Positions 55,959 through 64,000 of a stretch of DNA of 64,000 bases are shown one piece after another. Position numbers and translations under genes: made by a program. The notes under the pieces are model-generated. The model saw only the letters and a program-made list of their open reading frames with translations. It had not been told where the DNA came from and made no database searches. Position 1 is the first letter of the stretch, and every line of letters begins with the position of its first letter. Source of the DNA: Octopus vulgaris. Its lineage: Eukaryota. The stretch spans positions 139,314,001-139,378,000 of the forward strand of contig OX597815.1 in the NCBI GenBank assembly GCA_951406725.2. The letters run 5' to 3'.

Positions 55959-56450
55959 CACATACACTCATATATATATATACACTCATATAAATATATA
56001 TCTGTAAATGTAATACGTGACAATTATTCGGCAGCCATGATAAAACTCCGAGTTTCGGATGCCGAGGTGGAAATCCACGCCGCCTTCTCTTCAGTTATAC
56101 GGCAATCGTAAAAATACCTCCGATGGTCGTATAACTGAAGAGATGGCTGGATGGATTTCCACCTCGGCATCCAAAACTCGGAGTTTTATCATGGCTGCCG
56201 AATAATTGTCACATATGACATTTACAGATAAATTCTTCTATTTACGTAATATAGATGTCTCTTTCACTCTTTTGTTGTCTTACCATTTTTATCAATATAT
56301 ATATATACGACGGGCATCTTTCAGTTTCCGTCTATCAAATCCACTCGCAAGGCTTGATCGGCTCGAGGCTATAGTAGATGACAGTTGCTCAAGGTGCAAT
56401 GTAGTGAGACTCGGAACCGTATGGTTGGGAAGCAAGCTTCGTACCACACG
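55654..56450 (-). mobile_element. SINE family A split by the palindromic HHR element
   Basis: Tail half 55654-55880; head half 56305-56450. Confidence 0.8.
56000..56229. repeat. 230-bp palindrome made of two head-to-head hammerhead units
   Basis: 56000-56108 is an inverted copy of 56121-56229. Left arm (minus) has AUAA-CUGAAGA..GAAAC-UCGGA-GUU-UUAU; right arm has AAAAC instead. Confidence 0.8.
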
Positions 56451-56911
56451 CCTATATTATATCTATGTATATATATGTTACATGCATAAGTTATATATGT
56501 GTACGTATTGTACTGGTGTCCTGTATATCCGGTAAAAGGCAACCTCCAGCTGATTACCGCTTGAAGGGCATGTGACTGTGAAGATCAAGAGAGCACCAGC
56601 CACTAACAGTATCACGGTCCATGTTGATAGTATATATACTATATACCATATATAGACGCTGACTTTGACTTCAAATTGCTCAAATCGTCATTATTCACAT
56701 AAACTCTGAACAAATTTATAACGGGTCAAGTCTGATTATATTTCAGGCTGCTTGTGAGGGATAGTGACACAACGTAATACTATATACCCTATAAGAAAGA
56801 GGTCGTCAGCCACTAAAGTAACAGCTAAATCAGGCTAGCCTGCCAAGGTGGAGTGATAGAAACACTGTAGAACAAAACAAGACTTGTCAAAAGGCAATAT
56901 ATACTAAGCAT

Positions 56912-57511
56912 CGAAGGCGTTAGCACGCCGGGCAAAATGCTTAGCGGTATTTCGTCTGCTGTTACGTTGTGAGTTCAAATTCCGCCGAGGTCGACTTTGC
57001 CTTTCATCCTTTCGGGGTCGATAAATTAAGTACCAGTTACGCACTGGAGTCGCTATAATCGACTTAATCCGTTTGTCTGTCCTTGTTTGTCCTCTCTGTG
57101 TTTATCCCCTTGTGGGTAGTAAAGAAATAGGTATTTCGTCTGCCGCTACGTTCTGAGTTCAAATTCCGCCGAGGTCAACTTTGACTTTCATCTGTTCGGG
57201 GTCGATAAATTTAGTACTAGTTACGTACTGGGGTCGACGTAATCGACTTAATCCCTTTATCTGTCTTTGTTTGTACCCTCTATGTTTAGCCCCTTGTGGG
57301 CAATAAAGAAATAAGAAACGTTAGCACGCCGGGCGAAATGCTTAGTGGTATTTCGTCTGTCTTTACGTCCTCAGTTCAAATGCCGCCGTGGTCGACTTTG
57401 CTTTTCATCCTTTCGGGATCGATAAATTAAGTACCAGTTGCGTACTGGAGTCGATCTAATCGACTGGCCTCCTCTCCCAAAATTTCGGGCCTTGTGCCTA
57501 GAGTACAAAGG
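56912..57511 (+). mobile_element. SINE family B trimer with 16-bp TSD (one mismatch)
   Basis: aatatatactaagcat 56896-56911 / aatatatacgaagcat 57512-57527; three cores. Confidence 0.85.
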
Positions 57512-57784
57512 AATATATACGAAGCATGAAATTAACAACTAAATAGTCTCCGAAGACATCAAAATACTCAAAATTATGACTAAGCCCGTAAGAAGTTTGA
57601 TGAGCGATGAGAAAACTTTTGCCTATAAGTTGTGGTGAAGGCAACTTCTCTAGGATAAAAAGTACTTCGAATAAGAACATTGAAGTGGTCGGTAATTGCA
57701 ACGAAAGGACGCTGAAAAAACAGCAAATTGGTTGATTAGCCAAGCAGATGATTAATTAACTGGTTTATTAGTTAACTAGTTGAG

Positions 57785-57844
<60 letters not shown>

Positions 57845-57962
57845 AATAAAACCCATCGGAACACACACAAACTCATAAAGCGTACGTATATCAATGAACA
57901 CAATCAAACACGCTTGTGTGAGAATGTATCTATGTATGTATTTATGTATGTATGTATGTATG

Positions 57963-58004
<42 letters not shown>

Positions 58005-58009
<5 letters not shown>

Positions 58010-58670
58010 CTTTTTACTGAGTTAAAAGTACGGTTTGTAAGTTCTATAATTGGTCATCTGTCAGGTTCCAAGTTCACAGCTGAGGCTGGAGCTAGCGATC
58101 CGTAGTTGGTTTCCGAGTTAGCAGGTATACGAAAACCAAGGCAGGACGAGTATCTCAAGTCATTTCATATTCTAAATGACTTGAGATAAGTGTGTGTGTG
58201 ACCGGCCATTAGCTTGATCCCACGAAAAATCAATATATTTCATCCCTTATGTTCCACAGAAGGTTCGGCACTCTTTAGATTTGTCACTTACGGAGTAATA
58301 TGGAGTAATGGGGTATCTAGGTTCAGAAGGTCAGAAAAACCTTCTATAGTGACTATTGTGGACAAATGAGGTAACTCTTTTTCAAGTAACGGTCAGAAAT
58401 TGATTGTCTCTCTTAGACCTGAAGGTATGTGTGTATGTGTTTGCTTGTGTGTTTTGTGTGTGTGTCGCCTCATTCGCAAAGGAACATCCTACAAACTCAA
58501 ACAGTACATTGCAGGCACTATTTATTTCTGTGGTTGGAAATGTACATTTTGTTTGATGAGAGAATATTAATAGGGACGTATGTATGTGTAGATGAGGGGT
58601 GCGAGATAGAAAGTGTGTGTTGTGTGTATGTGAGAGAAAAGGAGAAAGAAAGAGAGAGATATGTGTGTTG

Positions 58671-58712
<42 letters not shown>

Positions 58713-58882
58713 GAGAGAACAGCGTACATTTTTTTATTTGTTTTTCCTCCTATCTTTTTTGAATAAGTGTGTATTTATGTATGTACGTGTATATGGCAGA
58801 TAATGGGTGTAAGTATGTGTTTGTGTGCGTGTTTGACTGATCCTACCCATTTTAAACATACATGACGACATTTCTCTCTCTC

Positions 58883-58913
<31 letters not shown>

Positions 58914-59123
58914 TTCAGTCGCTTCACATACCAACACACTCAAAAAATGTGAAAAAAACTAACTAAATAAATAAAAAAAATTACGCTATCACTCACTCTC
59001 TCTTTCCCTCTCTCTTTCCAATAATACCTCTCTCTCTCTTTCTCAGTCAATCACTCACACACTCTAAACGATTGCGAGGAAAAATAGATTTAAAAAAATG
59101 CACGCTGTTACTCTCTCCGTCGC

Positions 59124-59169
<46 letters not shown>

Positions 59170-61320
59170 CATCACATCTCTCTCTCTCTCACACACACAT
59201 GCACATGCATGCAACACACACTTTCTGTCTTGCACTCCCGTAAACACATACACACGTCCATGTCAATTTTCTCTCTCTTTTACTTTATCCTGATATCAAA
59301 CGAAATGTACATTTTCACCCACAAAAATATATAAATAAAATCTTTTTACGGATTTTACCGAACGCCATACCTTAACAGCTATTGGATCCGATGCTTAGTT
59401 TGACACATTTTTGCGAGTCATTTCGAAAGATTGCCCAATTTCGTCCTCGGAAACATCTACGCACACACTGAGCGGAATCATCTTCTTAGACGCACGCGGT
59501 AGAACTGGAAAAACATTCCTCCTGAATCTTCTTGCGAAACTGCAGCATAATGGTGACCTTGCTATTGCTGTTGACTCCTCAGGAATAGCCTCGACTCTTC
59601 TCGATGGCAGACGAACAGCACACCCTGCCTTCAAATTGCCATTCAATGTAGCACATCAAGAAAACCCAACGTGCCACATAATGCATTCCTCGAACGAAGA
59701 GACAATTTTGAAAAAGCGCAAACTCTTGTTTGGGATGAAGCAACTATGTCCCATAAATGTTCCCTACAAGCACTTCATACCGCAATGAGAGACCTTAGAT
59801 CAAACAACAACATCCTTGGAGGTGCGACTCTACTTCTTGGAGAAGATTTACGGCAAACTTTATCTACTGTACCCAAAGGAACACCTGCTGATGAACATAA
59901 TGCCTGCCTTAAAAATCGCTCCTTTAGACGCATGTCCAATCGAAACAAGTCACTATCAACATGAGATCACTCCTTCAGACTGGTCAGTCTACAACCCAGT
60001 TTTCGGAAATGTTCCTTAAAATCGGTAATGGACAAATTATTTCTGATGACAACGGATACATTGACACTATCACTATTGGCCACACTGAAACCAGCCCTGA
60101 TGACTTATGTTCTGCCGTTTACCCAAATCTTACAACGGAATACATAAAACCAGATTGGCTTCGCGACAGGGCTGTTCTTGCAACTACAAATGTAGCTATC
60201 AACACTCTTAACCATGACTCACTCAGTCAGCTACTTTCTCAAGAACGTTGTTACAGATCAATTGACACCGTTACAGACCTCGATCAGGTTACTCAATTTC
60301 CAACAGAATTTCTCAACTCCCAAGAACTTCACTTAAAAGTCGGTTGCCCTGTCAACCTCCTACGCAATCTAAACGCACCCACATCATGCAGTAAAACTCG
60401 CCTTTTGGTCAAGCAAATTATGGACCACGCCATTGAAGCCCAAATTACGGGATACTGCTAAAAAGATACCGTTTTCATTCCGAAAATTCCGCTAACCCAA
60501 CAGACTGCTCCTACACTATGTACAGCCTTCAGTTCCCTCTGAAACTCAGTTTCACCATGACAATTAACAAAGCACAACGTCAGTCGCTGAAAGTTGTCGA
60601 ACTGGACCTTCGAACATCGTGCTTTTCACATGGACAGTTCTCCCGTCGGTTGTTCGAGAGGTGGCCTTCCAGACAACTTATTCATTTATGCTCCTGAATG
60701 AGAATAAAGAATGTCGTTTGCAAAGCAACCCTACAGTAGTTATTCTTCTCATCTACGCCAAACTGTAGCCGTTATCAATCGGACTTCCTTCAAGAATTTC
60801 ATTGATATTTTACTTCATTTCCCTGATTGTTGTTAAAAATACATTGCCTGCAATGACCCTTCTTACTTCACGTACGCTGTTCGTTCATAAGCATGCTCTA
60901 GCATTTATTTTTGTACAGGTCACTATTGTGTGTTTACTATAAATGTTTACTTTTCTTTATCATACTTGACTTTCAATGAAAAAACAAGCTTCGTGTGGTT
61001 GTGTCAGGTATTACGAGAAAAATAATTACATGATACAAAACGTTTCAAGTAAGATATAGGATATCTAATGCCTATTGCAATTGCGATCCCAATTCATGGA
61101 CTTTCGTTTATTACTAACTGTCAAATTTGTATTCAAAAAATGTATTCATTACCTAAGTTTTTTAATACCATATCATAAACTGCTAACAAAAGTGGTAATT
61201 ATACATTTTACGCTTATCAACTTGAAACGACTTCTAACTGGGGGCTAATTCAACTTAAACCGTTCACAGGAGTGCACCATTATAATAATTACAACGTCCA
61301 AAGGACGGGTGAATTTGCTA

Positions 61321-61321
<1 letters not shown>
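58005..61321 (+). mobile_element. Internally deleted Helitron in (TA)n
   Basis: Pif1 relic plus 3' hairpin cgtcc-aaa-ggacg (61295-61307) and CTAG (61318-61321) followed by T. The 5' end is inferred. Confidence 0.75.
59440..60735 (+). pseudogene. Helitron Pif1-family helicase, frameshifted
   Basis: GRTGKTFL, SSGIASTLLDGRRTAH, VWDEATM, GEDLRQTL, FPTEFLNS, LKVGCPVNLLRNLN, QFPLKLSFTMTINKAQRQSL, FSHGQ. Confidence 0.9.
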
Positions 61322-61371
<50 letters not shown>

Positions 61372-61688
61372 CATATATATACATACGCTCACTCACATAA
61401 GTTTGTGTGTGTGTGTGTGTGCGTGCGTGTGTGTGTGTGTAAATACGCTCACACATATGTAAATAAATATAGGAAGGTAGACAGTGAGTGAGTGAGTGAG
61501 AGCGCATTTGAGAATCAATGTCTGTATCGCTGCTATTTTGTTTCATGGAGAAACAGGAAACTCGCTATCGATCGCCACTGACAGATCAAAGAGGTCATGT
61601 GCTAAGTGAAAAATTGCTCTGAGCCAGAATTTAAGTTCGGAGTATTGATGGAGAGTCCTGTGATATATATTCACTCATGAATGTGTAA

Positions 61689-61729
<41 letters not shown>

Positions 61730-63129
61730 TGCAAACATTGTGTAGACTGCTATACGAATATAATCACAGGAAACATGGTCTTTTTACTTGGACTTTTCAC
61801 TTCATTCCAACTATAACTGTTTTGAATCGGCCCATCTTGCCATTCAGCCAAGAAGTCCGGTACTATTCGTCCGGCACTACCCTTCTTCACTATGATCCAA
61901 GTCCCTTGTAAGTCCGAATTTCACTTCTTCAAACCACATTCAGGTTTTGAGCCTTTCATTAGGTGGGTCGAAAGATCACGCTCATTTCCAACAATGAAAT
62001 ACTAACACTTCCTTAGAGTCACTGAGTAGAGGGTGTAATATAACTGGAAATAATCACATATATTCAGCCGAGAGTGCTGCTGTATCCATCTCGCTGACAA
62101 TCTAAAAAAAAGTGCCATCTTTATATGAGTTAGGAGCTTGGTCACCTTCAAACACGAGATGACGAACAAGATAGCCTTGGTAAATAACAGATCAATAGTA
62201 TACGCGTATGCCTTGATAAATAGCAGTTCTGCAATGCATGGCTAGGTAAGTAGTAGTTATACAATATACTTTAGTTAATAGTAGTTCTATAATCTAGTCA
62301 ATAGTTGTTATACAATTCATGTCGTCTGAAACAATAATTCTATGACATCAATGTCTTTTTATCTGCAAAATGTCTTTTCAATCAGAAATATGATACTTTC
62401 TTTGTCATATAATGGAATCAGTTGAACTTCAGCATCCAATAGTCAGCATATTTGTACTAACATTCAGACCATCCTACGTTTAAATGATTATAAAACTTTG
62501 TTTTGTTTTGTTTTGTTTTTGTTTTTCTTTACATAAAACTATAGAAAGCAACCATAGTATGATAAATATTTAAAATCGATAACTACAAAATAGCTAGATC
62601 GATAACTACAAGTAGTTTCTTTGTAATGAACTATTCTGCAAAGGTTGACAAAATTAGAATATGTTGATAAGAGCAAATAATGTTATCATTTGGTCAGTGA
62701 CCGAAAACTATATAATGGAAAACAGGCATAACATTTTTATTTGTTCCGTTATATTGATGTGTTGCAATAAGCTAAATATAACAACAGCTTTGGTCGCATA
62801 GTATTTTTGCGAAAATAAGAAAGTCATTTTAAATATGTATGGATACTAATAGACTCGTTTGTAAAGTTCGTAATATAGTATATACAGCGATGGTCATATA
62901 CAGTACTAAGTAATTCAAATAATTTACATAGCTAAGGAATATCTTCATTTTATTATAAAACCTGAAAACCACATTATCAGGCAATCTTTTGTTAGTATTG
63001 TCCCTAGATAATTGGTATACGAAATCAGCCAATATAAATTCAGCCATTAAAATGTACTAAATATCACGGTACCGTCCAGGTAATCAGATGCTCTTATATA
63101 CTATTGGTCACGATGTGCTTCCAATTTCG

Positions 63130-63490
63130 TCTTGATTGCGCCATTCTTTTCCAACATGACCTAAATTGCCTAATTAAATCGTCTTCCCGTCGTTGTGGAG
63201 CCCTTCTAAGTCATCTTTTCCGATCTCTTGGATTCCACTCAACAATTGTATGGGTCTAATTGTTGTCTGTGAACTTTGCAATATGTCCGGCCCAGCTCAA
63301 CTTGTGCCTTCGGTACTCGGCGATTACATCCTTCATTCTGTCCCCTTCTTTAATTATCTCATTTCGAATGTGCTATCTTAGTGATATTCCTAGCATGGAT
63401 CTTTCCATGGCCCTTTGCGTCGTAGCCGATCAATGTGCTATCCTCTTTGTAGTAGCTACGTCTCACTTGCACATAAGAGCACCAGTGGGA
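63130..63490 (-). mobile_element. RTE LINE C-terminal relic
   Basis: Minus: TTQRAMERSMLGISLR*HIRNEII..KLSWAGHIAK..EWNPR. Confidence 0.75.
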
Positions 63491-64000
63491 TGCGCTATTG
63501 AAGAGTCTGACACGTATGGCATAATTATTTTGTTCTTATAATCATGCTGATTTTAATTTTATCCCAAATGGTAAAGAGATCGCATAAAATCTTCTAATGT
63601 CCGTTTTGTTATCTAATTAATGCTCACTTTTGACTCGCGTTAATTATAAATGCAATCGTTTTTATTGTTAATGCAATATTACTATTGTTAATAGAATGAG
63701 ATTTAGCAATAATGGATAGTCGTTCGTGAGAATTTTATATCGTTATTTTCTGAAATTTGTATTCAATTAAGGAATGATAAATCATTTTGTAACTCAAATT
63801 TTAACTGTAAGTCAAATGTCCCATATTCTTGTTTTGCAGTCCTACAATAGCCACTACAACCATTTCACATTTTACATTTTCCGTTCAGTCACATTATTTC
63901 TTAAATGTTATGCAGAGAGCCAAGTGCAGTTTTTCAATTTTTATATCTTCCTGTGGAAAGCAATATTAAAAATGTTTTATTTAGATTATTATAATTAACC

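Overview
AT-rich, microsatellite-saturated eukaryotic DNA. The SINE families and repeat content suggest an octopus/cephalopod genome (inference, not verified). No intact host gene is supported, and most ORF-track entries are (TA)n/(TATG)n/(CA)n artefacts. The main coding feature is a near-intact Penelope-like retroelement (RT + Cys-rich linker + GIY-YIG; about 35715-39716) broken by one in-frame stop. Its 3' end carries a CCAAT/CRE-array promoter, TATA, Inr, a Kozak ATG, a splice donor and a U3-A8 variant hammerhead ribozyme (HHR). Scattered around it are several non-coding hammerhead-bearing elements: a tRNA-headed element in a head-to-head inverted arrangement (15952-16400), a 230-bp palindrome with two HHRs (56000-56229), and a dispersed ~200-bp family with a fixed CUGUNGA core variant plus one canonical relative. 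Together these look like a Penelope-dependent retrozyme/SINE system. Also present: an internally deleted Helitron (Pif1 helicase, hairpin-CTAG end), R4/Dong-like, RTE and CR1/L2-group LINE relics, two tRNA-derived SINE families (one retrotransposed as trimers), Tc1/mariner and hAT relics, a MITE, and a possible spliced Pol II unit at 11.5-15 kb. All calls are by eye; no searches or folding were run.
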